NCBI RefSeq assembly: GCF_036321535.1
Contig: NC_087437.1
Coordinates: 19,036,001 to 19,100,000 of the forward strand
Length of the DNA: 64,000 nucleotides
Origin: Camelus dromedarius
Lineage: Eukaryota
Direction of reading: 5' to 3'
Shown: in pieces, positions 48,101 to 60,215 of the stretch
Layout of the letters: each line of letters starts with the position of its first letter
How positions within the stretch are numbered: position 1 is the stretch's first letter
Position numbers and translations under genes: made by a program
Notes under the pieces: generated by a model
The model's database searches: none
Seen by the model: the letters and a program-made list of their open reading frames with translations, nothing else
What the model was told of the DNA's origin: nothing

Positions 48101-51100
48101 CAAGATGGCGGAGCAGTAGGACCAAGAGCTCGCCTCTCCTTGTGACTACAACAAAATCATAACTGATTGCTAAACAACCACTGGGGGGAAAAAAAAGACT
48201 GTAACCTAGCAAAAAAGATCTTCAACTGAAAACATAAAGAGGGAACCACAGTGGGACGGTAGGAGGGGTGTGCTTACGATATCATTGGGCCCCATTTTAC
48301 CTCCTGTGTGGGTGACCCACAAGCTGAAGAATAATTAAGTTGCAGAGGCCCTCCCAGAAGAGTGAGAATTCTAAGCCCCACTCAGGCTCCCCAGCCTGAA
48401 GTTCCAGCATTTGGAGGAGGAGGAGACCTCAGGACATCTGGTTTAGAATGCCAGCGGGGCTTAAATCCAGGAGCCCCACAGGACTGAGGGAAACAGAAAC
48501 TTCAGTCTCTTTGGAAGCGCACACAGAATCTTGCTTGTTCCAGGCCCAAGAGCAGAGGCAGTGATTTCATAGGAACCTGGGCCAGGCCTGCCTATTGGTT
48601 CTGGAAGATCTCCTGGGGAGGTAGGGGACCATTGTGGCTCACCCAGGGGACATAAAAGCTGGTGGCAGACATTCAAGGAGTGTTCATCTACATGAGCTTT
48701 CCTAGAGGCTGACATCTTGATTGGATCATTAGCACCAAGACCCAGCCCCGCCCAACAGCCTGTAGGCTTAAGGGCTGAGAAGCCTCAGGCCAAACAACAT
48801 ACTGGGTGGGAACACAACAGACTTCTTGAGCCACAAATGCCTCTAGACATGGCCCTACTCACCAGAGGTCTAGGATCAAGCTTCACCCAGTAGTGGGCAG
48901 GCACTGGCTCCTCCTGCCAGGAAAGCTGCATAAGCCTCTAGTGCAGACTCATCCACGAGGGGTCAGATACCAGAAATAAGAAAACAACAATCCCAGAGCC
49001 TGTGGAAGGAATCCACAAACACAGGCCAGACTCTACACTGGGACCAGCTGGACTCTGGCCCTTGGGTGACAAGAGAGGAGTGTACTGTTGGGACACATAG
49101 GACGTCTCCCACAGAGGGCCACTTCTCCCTAGTCGAGAAGCATAACTAACCTATTTAAAAATACAAATAGAAAGATAGACAATATGAGGCAGCAGAGGAA
49201 TATCTTCCTGGTCAAGGCACAAGATAAAATCCTAGAAGAAATGAGTGATGAGGAGGTAGGCAATTTATCTAAGAAAAAGTTTAAAGTAATGATGGTGAAG
49301 ATGTTCAGAGAACTCAAGCACAGTATAGATGCACAGAGCGAATTTTTTAGCAAAGAGTTGGAAAAGAATACCCAAACAGAGTTGAAGAATAAAATCACTG
49401 AAATGAACAATACACTAGAAAGAACCAAGAATAGACTAAATGAGTCAGAAGAACAGATTAGTGAACTATAGAAGACAGATTAGTGGAAATCACTACTGCA
49501 GAATAGAAAAAAGAAAAAAGAATGAAAAGAAATGAGGATAGTTTAAGAGAACTCTGGGAAACATGAAGTGCACAAATATTCACATTATAGGGGTCCCAGA
49601 AAGAAAAGAGAGAATGGACCTGAGAAAACTTTTGAAGAGATAATGACTGAAAATTTCCCCACTGTGGGAAAGGGAACAGTCACCCAAGTCCAGGAAGCAC
49701 AGAGAGTTCCATACAGGATCAGCCCAAAAAGGAACACACCAAGGCACATAGTAATCAAATTGACAAAAATTAAGGATAAGGAGAAAATATTAAAATTAGC
49801 GAGAGAAAAGCAACAAATAACATACAAGGAAACTCTCATAAGTTTATCAGCTGATTTTTTTTTTTTAGCAGAAACTCTACAGGCCAGAAGGGAGTGGCAC
49901 GATATATTTAAAGTGATGAAAGGGAAAAACTTAAAACCAAGAATACTCTATCCAGCAAGGGTTTTGTTCAGATTTGATGGAGAAATAAAAAAAGTCACAG
50001 ATAAACAAAAGCTAAAAAGAATTCAGCACCACCAAACCAGCTTTACAACAAATGTTAAAGGACCTTCTCTAGTCATCAAATCATAAGAAAGGAGAACAAA
50101 AGGAACAAAGAGAGAAAAAAAAAAAGACCTACAAAGATTGCTTTGGCACTTCGGGATCTTTTATGGTACTATATAGATTTTGGAATTACTTGTTCTAGTT
50201 CTGTGAAAAATGTGAGTATTTGACAGGGGTTGCATTGGATCTGTAGATTGCTTTGGGTAGTGCGGCCATTTTGATAATGTTGATTCATGCAATCCAAGAG
50301 CACAAGATATCTTTACATTTCTTTGTATCATCTTCAATTTCCTTCATCAGTGTTCTACAGTTTTCAGAGTATAGATAATCTCCTTGGTTAAGTTTATTTT
50401 CAGGTATTTTGTTGTTTTTGATGCAATGAAAATGTTTATGCCAGTTATAAAATTCTGGTTTTTGAAGTGAAACAACAACAAAAAAGGTGAATGAAGGGCC
50501 ACAAATGGCAAAATATTATTCTCTTTTATGGGTGAGCTGTATTCCATTGCACATGTATGCTACACCTTCTCTATCCGTTCATCTATTTATGTGCACTTAG
50601 GATGCTTCCATATTTTGGCAATTATAAATAATGTTTCTGTTAATAGTGGGGGTGTATATATCTTTTTGAATTAACGTTTTTCTTTTCCTCTGTTTTTCTC
50701 AGATATATGCCCAAGAATGGAATTGCTGGGCCATATGGTAGTTCTATTTTTAGGTTTTTGAGAAACCTCCATATTGTTTTTCATGGTGGCTGCACCAATT
50801 TACATTCCCACCAACAGTGTATGAGGATTCCCTTTTCTCCACGTCCTTGCCAACATTTGTTATTTGTGTTCTTCTTGATGATGGCCATTCTGACAGGTGT
50901 GAGATGATATCTCATTGTGATTTTGATTTGCATTTCCCTGATATTAGTGATGTTGAGCAACTTTTCATGTTTCTGTTGGCCATCTGCAATCCCTTTTGGA
51001 AAAATGTCTGTTCAGTTCTCTTGCTCATATTTTAAATGGGTTGTTTGTTTGTTTTTTTTTTGCTTTTTAATTGAAGTACAGTTGATTTAAAATGTTGTAT

Positions 51101-51545
51101 TAGTTTTTGGTGTATGACATCAATGGACTTGGAGGACATTATGCTTGGTGAAATAGGTCAGACAGAGAAAGACAAATGCTGTAATATATCACTTACATGT
51201 GGAATCTAAAAAATACAACAAACTAGTGAATATAACAGAAAAGAAACAGACTCATAGATGCTGAGAAGGAACTAGTGGTTACTAGAGGGGAGAGGGGAGG
51301 GGGAGGGGCAAGATGGAGGTGGAGGATTAAGAAGTACAAACTATCAGGTATAAAATAAGCTACAACTATGTATTGTACAACATGGGGAACATGGCCAATA
51401 TTTTATAATATCTATAAATGGAGTATAGCCTTTAAAAAAAATCATGTGCATGAGACTTTTGAAAATTGTAAAGCCCTCTATAATTTAAGGAATTTTTCAT
51501 TCCATAAAAAACAAACAATTAAAAAAGCCAAAAAAAAAAAAAAAA
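48101..51545 (+). mobile_element. Rearranged L1 mosaic: sense 5'UTR and ORF1, inverted ORF2 pieces, sense 3' end and poly-A, bounded by a 17-bp TSD
   Basis: Starts caagatggcgg; antisense ORF2 at 50136-50427 and 50500-51050; poly-A at 51530-51550. TSD aaaaagctttccaccaa (48087-48103) and aaaaagcttcccaccaa (51546-51562). Confidence 0.85.
49184..50072 (+). pseudogene. L1 ORF1 remnant with several frameshifts and stops
   Basis: MRQQRNIFLVKAQDK...; FEEIMTENFP, VQEAQRVP, TPRHIVIK, ARREW and ILYPAR are spread across frames. Confidence 0.9.
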
Positions 51546-51799
51546 AAAAAGCTTCCCACCAAACAAAGTGTTGGTAAGGGTAAAATAAGAGGAAAAGAAC
51601 AGAGACATGATTTAGAAGTAAAGACCTGGATCTAACTCACATTTAGTAGCTATGTGACCCAGGCAAGTTACTTCAGGACATATCAGAGTAACCTTTGAAC
51701 ATGGGTGTAAGCAAGAGGTGATGGCAACTCCTGGAGGTTTCTCAGAAGTAAAATTAAGTTATGAAATCAGCATTTTTGTGAACTATTGGGCCTCAAATT

Positions 51800-54700
51800 T
51801 GCAGAACACATATTATTTTTAAATATACCTAAGACATAATTAAAAATTTCGTACACTGAGGCTTAAAGCAAGTCTGAAAATTTTTAATGAATTGAAATTT
51901 TTTAACCTCAATACGATTAGGCTAGAATCAATAAAAAAAAGGATAACATATGTGGAAATTAAGCAATATTATTCTAAACAAAGTAAAATCCACAATGGAA
52001 ATTAAACAAAATATTTTGAACATAATGATAAAAATATTTCATTCAAAACTTGTGGAAGGCAGTTAAACATAATTATAGAGAAACATATATCCTTAGAAGC
52101 ATATAAAGACTGAAATTAATGCACTTATCATCTATCTCAAGAAATTAGGAAAACATTATCAGTAGCAACAACAAAATAAATGCAGGGATGCTGACCAAAA
52201 AACGTGTAAAGATAAGAGCAGAAATAAATGAAAGAGAAACCACACATAAAATAGAAAGGATCAGCAAAGCCAAATTTGGTTTATTGAAAAGACTAATAAC
52301 ATTGAAAATGTCCTGGTTTTTAAGGAGATGTAAATAGCAATGTTAGGAATGAAAAAGAGGACAACAACTTCAGAGCCACAGATACTGGGGTGAGAAAAGA
52401 AGATAACATGAACAACTTTATGATAAAATATTTGGAAGTTTTACTAGACTGGATAAATTCTTATAAAAACGTAACTTTCCAAAATGAATACGATAAATAG
52501 AGATTCTAATAGTTCTATAATTATTTTTAAAAGTGAATCAAAAAATTAAAAAAAAAATTTCCATGAGGAAAACATCACAGGCAACTTCTACCAAATATTT
52601 AAGAAATGACATTAACCTTACACAAGCTCTTGCAGAAAATAGAAGAGAGGGTTCTCCAATCTGTTTTAATGAGGCTACCATAACCTTGATAATGAAACCT
52701 GACATGGGCAGCTTGAAAATTAAAATAAGGGGCCAATTGCACTATTAAACATAAATTTAAAACTATGAAACATACTATTAGCAAACTGAATCCAGTAATG
52801 TATAGCAAGCATAAAACATCTTGATGGAATTGGGTTTATTTCAAAAATACAAGTTTGGTTTAAAACTTGAAAACCAGTCAATGTAATTCACCAAATTAAC
52901 AGAAAGGAGAAAAACCATATCGTCATCTCAATAGGTACAGAAAAAGCATTTGATAAAAATTCCTTTTATGATTAAAAAACAATCAGAAAACTAGAAACAG
53001 AAGAGAACTCAATCTGATAAGAGGTAGCTACACAAACTCTACAATCAACACCATACTTAATGGTGAAATAGTGAAGCCTTTCACACATTTTCCCCAAAGA
53101 TCAGGAATGAGACAAGGATGTCCCCTGTTCTCACTTCTATTCAACATTGTCCTGGAAGCCCTAGCCAGAACAGTAAGGTAGGAAATGAAATAGAATGCAT
53201 GAAAGGAGTAAACAAAACTCTCAGTATTTAAAGAGGATAGGATTGTCTATGTAGAATATCCAAAAGAATCTACAGATAATTATTAGGCCTAATAAAAGAG
53301 TTTAGCTGGCCATAAAGACAATGTGCAAAAATCAATTCTGTTTCTATATACCAGCAACAAACAGAAAATATAAAAAGTTGAAAGATACCACTTTAAATAT
53401 ATCAACAAATATCAAATACATAAAAGTAAACCTAACAAAACATGTGCAAAACCTGTATGGAGAAAATTATAAAAATATTATTGAAAGAAAATAAAGAAGT
53501 AAAGAATACAGACATACAATGTTCATGGGCTGGAAGACACACTATCGTAATGATATCAATTCTCAAAGTGATCTATGAATTCAATGCAATCCCAGTGAAA
53601 GATCTCAAATGTTTTGTTTTTGTGGAAATTTACAAGGTGATTCTAGAATTTACAAGGTAAATTCTAAAATTTATATGGAAATGCAAAGGGACAAGAGCAG
53701 CGAAGACAATCTTATGAAAGAAACAAATATGTAATGCTTCCTTGAAACTTATTATAGAGCTACACATATTAAGACAGTGTGGTACTGCACAAGGATAAAC
53801 AGATATGGCGATGCAAGAGATTTTGAGAATCCAGAAACAGATCATGCACATGTAGACATTGACTTATGACAAATATGGTACTGCAGAGTGGAGAAAGAAT
53901 GATACTGGAAAAATTGGGTATTTATATGAGAAGAAAAAGAAACTTGATCTTCACCTCTTATGACACACAAAAATCAAATCCAGATATGCTGTGTATATAA
54001 ATGATAAATGTAAAACAAAGAAGCTTTGGGAAGATAAGATGGGACAATAGCTTCCTGACTTTGGGGATAGAAGGCATTTTCTCTATGGCCCACAAAAATC
54101 ACTAACTATGAAAGGAACAGACTACATTAAAATCAAGGACTCCAGTTCATCAAAAGATACTGTAAAAAGAGAAAAGCCAAGTGACAGAATAGAAGATACT
54201 TGACACACGTATGTATAGTAGACAGAGTCCATCTCCAAAATTGATAAAGGACTTCCCTACAAATCAATAAGAAAAAGACAAGCAACTCAATAGAAAACTG
54301 AGCAAAAGACTTAAACAGGCGCCTCACAAATGATGACATCCAAATGTTTAATACATGTATTAAAAGCTGGTCAATCTCATTAGTAAGAAGGAAAATGGAA
54401 ATTTAAGCCACAGTAAGAGACTCATCAGAATGGCTAAAGTTAAAGCATCTGGCAACTTCAGTCTTGGTGAAGATGTGGGACGATGGGAACTGTTCTACAT
54501 TGCTTGAGGGAGTGCTGTATTGATACAACCATTGTGGAAAAGAGTGAGGAATTATCCAGCAGAATTCAAGATACTCAGCCTATGACCCAGCAATTCCTTT
54601 CCCACAGATATACCCCAAATAAAGTTATGCCCATGTGTGATGTAATAAATATATAGTTTGGTCTTCATCCTCAGCTCCTGGCCAGAGCTCCTAAAACCTT

Positions 54701-55900
54701 GGTAATTTCCTAAGCAATAAAGGTGTTAGGGGCATCTTTTGTTCTAATATTTGGTTTTTGACACCAGTTCCTGATACAGAGCTCCTGAATCCTTGGAATT
54801 TCCTGGGTGATAGCAGCATCTTTGGTTCTACTGAGGTGACTCTTGTTGGGCTCCTGGATGGGGGCTTGTCACCAAAGAGACTAAGCCATGATTAGAAGCT
54901 TGGAACTTTCAGCTCCACCTGCACGTCCTCTGGGGAGGGGAGAGGGGCTGGAGGTTAAGTTAATAATTAATCATATGTACATGATGACGCTTTTATAAAA
55001 ATCCCTGAACAAATCTCTGGATAGTTTTGGAGAGCTTCTGGGTTGATGAACATATCCATATGCCAGGAGGGTGGAACACTCCAACACCATGGAGACAGAA
55101 GCTCCTGTGTGGGTCCCTTCTGGACCTTGCCCCTATATACCTCTTCATCTGGCTGTTCATCTGTATCCGTTATCTTATCGTTTATTATATATCAAACTGC
55201 TAAACATAAATATTTCCCTGAGTTCTGTGAGCCATTATAGCAAATTACAGAACCTGAGGAGTTCTTGGGAACCTTCAGTTTGTATCCAAGTTGGGTGTAA
55301 GTGGGGGTAACCTGGAGACTCACTATTTGCAATTGGTGTCTGAAATGGGGGCAGTCTTGTGGGAATGAGCCCTTAACCCATGGAATCTGATGTTAACTAG
55401 AGGTAGTGTCAGAACTGAATTGAATAGTAGGACACCCAGCTGGTGTTGGAGAATTGGTTGGTGTGGGGAAAACATGTGTACATTGGGTGTCCTGAATGTT
55501 CTGTGAGTGTGTAGAGGAAAAAGAGTTTTTCCTTTCAATGTGCTCTAGAATAGATTTACGAATATTAATCAACAGCTGTATACAAAAATTATGGTATATT
55601 CATATACTGGAATGTTATACAACAATGAAAAGGAATTAAGTTACATGTAACAATCAATTTAAAACATATAAGGTGATCTTTAGAGGCCATACAAACTGAT
55701 TCCATACATTTGTACCGTTAGGGTGAAAGGGAGGGCTATGATTGGAATATGATTTATGGTGGCTTCTGGAGACCAGGCAGTGTTTTTTTTACTTGGGTGA
55801 GGAGCACGTGGATATTCGTTTTATAGTAATTTGTTAAGTCATACATTGATACTTAAAGCATTTTCTGAATGTGAATTATATTTGACAATAAAAACGTTTT
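51800..55900 (+). mobile_element. Old degraded L1 (ORF2 to 3'UTR), interrupted by a MER21-type LTR
   Basis: A-rich sequence with recognisable ORF2 remnants (gaaaaagcatttgataaaa; caggaatgagacaaggatgtcccctg; ctatgacccagcaattcc). Confidence 0.9.
54638..55537 (+). mobile_element. MER21-type ERVL solo LTR (900 bp) with a perfect 5-bp TSD
   Basis: TG...CA termini; atgtg at 54633-54637 and 55538-55542; MER21-like start tttggtcttcatcctcagctcctggccagagctcctaaaacctt. Confidence 0.88.
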
Positions 55901-57239
55901 AAAAGTCTCAGCATTTTAGAAACACTAATTTGGTTGCTGAGCCAGGTGAGAGGCTAGAGGAGGGATCAGGGGATTTTGCAAAAAATTGATCCTCACGACA
56001 TCCCCACAAGCTGGGCACTGGCCTGCCTGTTTTATAGGTGAACTAACTGAGACTGAGAGAGGTTAAGGTTAAGGCATTTGTTTGAGTTCACACAGTGAGT
56101 CTGCAGCTGAATCAGAATTAGAATCTAGACTGAAGTCTGTGCCTATTCATAATAAAACAGTAACACAAACTCCCCTGAAGCCTCCGTTCACAAACACTCC
56201 CCTAATTGTCAGTAGCACATCAACAGTTGCCAGAAATGTTATGACTGTAGTTGACTCAGCTTCTGCCAATGGCAGGTGGTCTGATAGTGCTGTTGTTGCC
56301 TGAGCTTCTGGGCTCTGTGGAGGCTCTGCCGGCTCTCTCCTGCCCAGCCTGGGCCTGGACTCAGCTTCTGGTCTGAGGCAGGGAGGGAGGTGCCTCTCAC
56401 CTCATCCTGGTCCACAGGCTCAGTGAGAGGAAGGTGCTGGTTTCTGGTATTGAGGTGTCTTCCAAATCCCAAGCCCTAATTTCCAGAGCTTCTTTTTTTG
56501 GATCCAACCTGGCCATGTGTTTATAAACAACCCTGTGGCAGGTGGAGCCCTGCTGGCTGGTGGGGCCTGTTGGGTTCAGATTATACCCTGGACTTGCAAC
56601 AATGGCTTCCCATCCAGCAAAGCCCTCCGCACAAACCCCTGCCCCTTGGCCCCTCTGTTTGTTTTGCTTTGCGCTGACCTGAAATGGATACCTTCATGGG
56701 TCCCCGCAGCAGGACAGACAGCAGTTGGGACCTGTGGGGACAATGGCTGTGCCCACCTGTAGGTCAGGGGTCAGGCTCAGCAGGGCAGCCCTGTCAGTGC
56801 TTCAAAAGCTGAGGCCTCTGCCCTGCTGGGCTCCGCCCATGGATCAGTGGCCGGCTGGCCCACAGGTGTGCCTGGCTATTCAAGTCCTTGTGACCAGGAT
56901 GGGGGGTGGGGCTGGGCTGTGTGTGGGCGGCTTACCTGGGATTACAGCCCAGTCACAGGTGTCCACTCAATGTCGAGGAAGGAAGGCTGGGCAGGGGCTT
57001 CACATGCATAAAGCAGGCTAGGGGATAAGGCGGGACACCTGGGTCTCCCCAGAGAGAGCATCTGCTCACAGGCTGTCCCTGCATGGCGTTTCATGGGACC
57101 ACTTGGCAAGTCTTGGTCAGTGTTTTTGAGAAGAACCTCTGGAAACTTTATAAATTTGAATATACTCTTTTCAGTCTAATGAGTCAATACTTACAAAGGG
57201 TTTCATTAGAAAAAGTAGGAGGAAAGGGATGGAAGAGGC

Positions 57240-57268
57240 TGTGTGTGTGTGTGTGTGTGTGTGTGTGT
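57240..57268. repeat. (TG)n microsatellite
   Basis: Direct reading. Confidence 0.97.
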
Positions 57269-57394
57269 TGAGACGGACTACAGCTGAAAAAAATCAAACA
57301 CAGAAGGCCAGTGAAGTATCTTATTCAGGAGTTCACACAAGAATCATTCATTGTGCTCTGACTATAAACCAGGATCACTGGGGTACAGAGATCC

Positions 57395-57620
57395 TGTCAT
57401 TCATTCATTCATTTGTTTTGCCAATGGACCAACCAAGCAACCAGCATTTCCTGAGTGACTATTGTATCATGTCTCAGATTCTGGGCTGGGCACTGGGGAT
57501 ACAAAAAGAAGGAGACGGTTCCAGCCCTCAAGCCGCTCAGTCCTGTGGCAGAGACAGAAATATAAACAGAAAATTGTAAGAGCTATCAAACAGATTTCCC
57601 AAGTGCTAGCAGGGTGTCAG
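57395..57620 (-). mobile_element. L2 3' end
   Basis: tcattcattcattcattt tail followed by ctgggcactggggatacaaaaag...cagccctcaag. Confidence 0.8.
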
Positions 57621-58284
57621 GGGAGGTGTGCCAGAGAGCAGACCATCACTGAAGCAGGTCGTACAGGATGAAGAGCCTCCTGGGGGCACAGGGGAGCAGG
57701 GGGCTGGAGGCAGAGGTGCACAGACTGGAGCATCTGGGGGCGCTATGGGCTCCGGTTATGGTGGGAGGGGATGGGGGAGAAGACGTGGTTGGAAGGAGGC
57801 TGGGAACGTGGGTCTAGGGCTGACCTTATAGGATCTGCTGAGCAGCTGTACTTAAGAGGTGGAACTTTATCTTCAGGACGAGTGAAGGCAGGACTGGATT
57901 TATAAGTGTAGACATGACCTGTCTGGATTTGAGTGTGGAAGGCTCACTTGGGCAGAGGTGGGGAGGGGACCTGATGCAAAGGGATAAAGAATTGTTGGAA
58001 AGCAGAAGTTCCCTGGCAATGACATGTTTGTAGACCCTTGGGTGAGGAGGTGGGATGGCAACAGGATGGTTGTGAAGGCTCAGAGGGGCAGACTTCCGAG
58101 GCCCAGATGAAGGCTGTGTCCTGGGGTAGGCAGGCCCTGGTGGGGGTTGTCTGCAGCTGAGAAACTGTAGAGATGAGTGGGCGACCTTGGATCCTTGAGA
58201 TAGACTCACCTTACTGCCTGCCTTTGAGGCCTCCAGGGCCTTGAGAAGCCCCACGGCACAGGGGCACCAGTGTTTCACACAATA

Positions 58285-58660
58285 GACATTCATTGAACAC
58301 CTACTATGTGCCAGGCCCTCTACTAGACACTGGAGCCATGAGATAAAGATGAACAGTTTCCTGCCCTGATGGACTAGCTGGCAGTCTAGTAGGAGATATA
58401 TATAACTAAATAAATGATAATGCTAATAGTAAAATTTATCAAATGCTTTCTACCGGCCAGACAGTTCAAAACACTTTATAAAATTAATTAGTTTAATCCT
58501 GATAATAAGACCTTCGAGGTAAATACTATTTTTATCCCCATTTTACAGATGAGATAAGTAAGGCACCAAATAACTTTTCCATGTTCACACAGCTTGTAGG
58601 TGGCAAGAGCTAAGATCTGAACCCAAATCTGTCCTACCAGCGTCTATGGTCTTAACTGAT
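58285..58660 (-). mobile_element. Adjacent L2 fragment (58285-58410) and MIR (58425-58660)
   Basis: cattgaacacctactatgtgccaggcc... followed by tttaatcctgataataagaccttcgaggtaaatactatttttatccccattttacagatgag. Confidence 0.8.
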
Positions 58661-59869
58661 GTGTAATACTGCCATTTCCTTGGGAACCACTCCTGCTTAA
58701 ACCTCCCCAGATTTTCCCAGCAGCTTCAGACTGATGCACAAATTCTTTAGCCTAACTCCACTCCAGGGCCCTCCATGATCCAACTGTGTCTAGGATTTTG
58801 GCCCCCCTCTGCTCCTCCACACTCTTAGCCTTCTGCCTCACTGCTCCATACTGCCCTGCCTTCCTCCATGCTCTTCTCTCAGGAGGGAGTGAGAGGCAAG
58901 TGGGTTCATCTTTGCAGACTCAAGTGTCCTGTCCCCACTCCAGACAGTTATGTGATCCCTTCTCTGAGTACCAGCGAGGTTGGCTTATCCATTCTTATAG
59001 ACATTACATAGACCTGAGGTGCCTTGATCTTCCCGACCAAACTGTCAGCATCTTGAAGGTAAAACAGAGTCTAAAACTCACCTCTGAACCCTCCATGGGT
59101 TTCAGGCAGCACATAATACTGAATAGTGAATAATCACAAAATTAAATGAAATAACCGATACGTTTTTCTTGAATACTGTGTGCTCAGAAGGAATAACCAG
59201 CTGATCCTCATGGACTTGCATGTGTATTAAATAACTGATTAATTCTGGCAACTTGTTCCAGTGAAGGCTATGGTACCTTATGATCTCTTTGGGGGAAGTT
59301 TGCCCATTTTACAGATAAGACAGCTAAGGCTCAGAAACCTTAAGTAACTTTCTCATGTTCACATAGCTCGTCCTCTTTACTTTTGAAGCATCTCTTGCTC
59401 CGAGGTGGCCAGCAGTTATCTGACATATGGTAGGTACTCAGAAAAATTGAATTTGAGAGAGTAAATGAATCTATTCTCTTTGGGAAGATAATTTTAATAT
59501 TGGAAAGCTCAGTGGGCAGAGATCTGGAGGGTGGAATGGATGGTGCCTACTGCACAGGGGCTAGGAATTGCCAGTTTATTTGGACACCAGATAACAGAGA
59601 AGCAAAGGTTTCCCTGGACACAAGACAGGACCGTGGCTCTAGGAGGACTAAAGAGCTCAGGGTGGGCTTCCTGGGGAGGGTCCTTGGGCGAGCTCTGATC
59701 TTGGGTGGGATGAGGAGAGGCAGAGAGGATGCTCAGAGCCCTTCTGGCTCTGGCTGGGCCAACCACCTGTAGTCTCTTTCCTCTGTTCCTGGGGGTGGCA
59801 GACATGGTTTGTCACATCCATATCCCTTGACTCTTCCAATGTCAGTGGGCTGATGGGGCCAGACACAAT

Positions 59870-60215
59870 AAGGCCTTTTAGCTCAAGGATAAGGCTTTAC
59901 TCCAATATGGAGACACTGAAACGTTGGAGGGGGTTTGGGCAGGGAGGAGTGATTTGATGGGATTTATGTGTTGCTGTGAGCACTCACACTATAGGGGTCA
60001 AGGGTAGAAGGAGGGAGACCCACTGGGGGCAACTGCAGTGATTCAGGGGAAGGAGACTTGTGGCTTGGGCCAGTGTGGTGGTGATGCAGTTGGTAGAAAA
60101 GTGATCAGCGTCCAGATATATTTAGAAGACAGAGCCTATGGGACTTAATGATTCTAAGGTTTTGGGTCTGAGCAAGTGAAAGAATGGAGAGGTCATCAAC
60201 TAAGATGAAAAGAGT
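59870..60215 (-). mobile_element. L2 fragment
   Basis: ggctttactcc...ggggtttgggcagggaggagtgatttgatgggattt...attctaaggttttgggtctgagcaa. Confidence 0.75.

Noticed and set aside
54655..54830. ~90-bp internal tandem duplication in the LTR
   Set aside because: As I recall, this is part of the MER21-type consensus rather than a locus-specific novelty.
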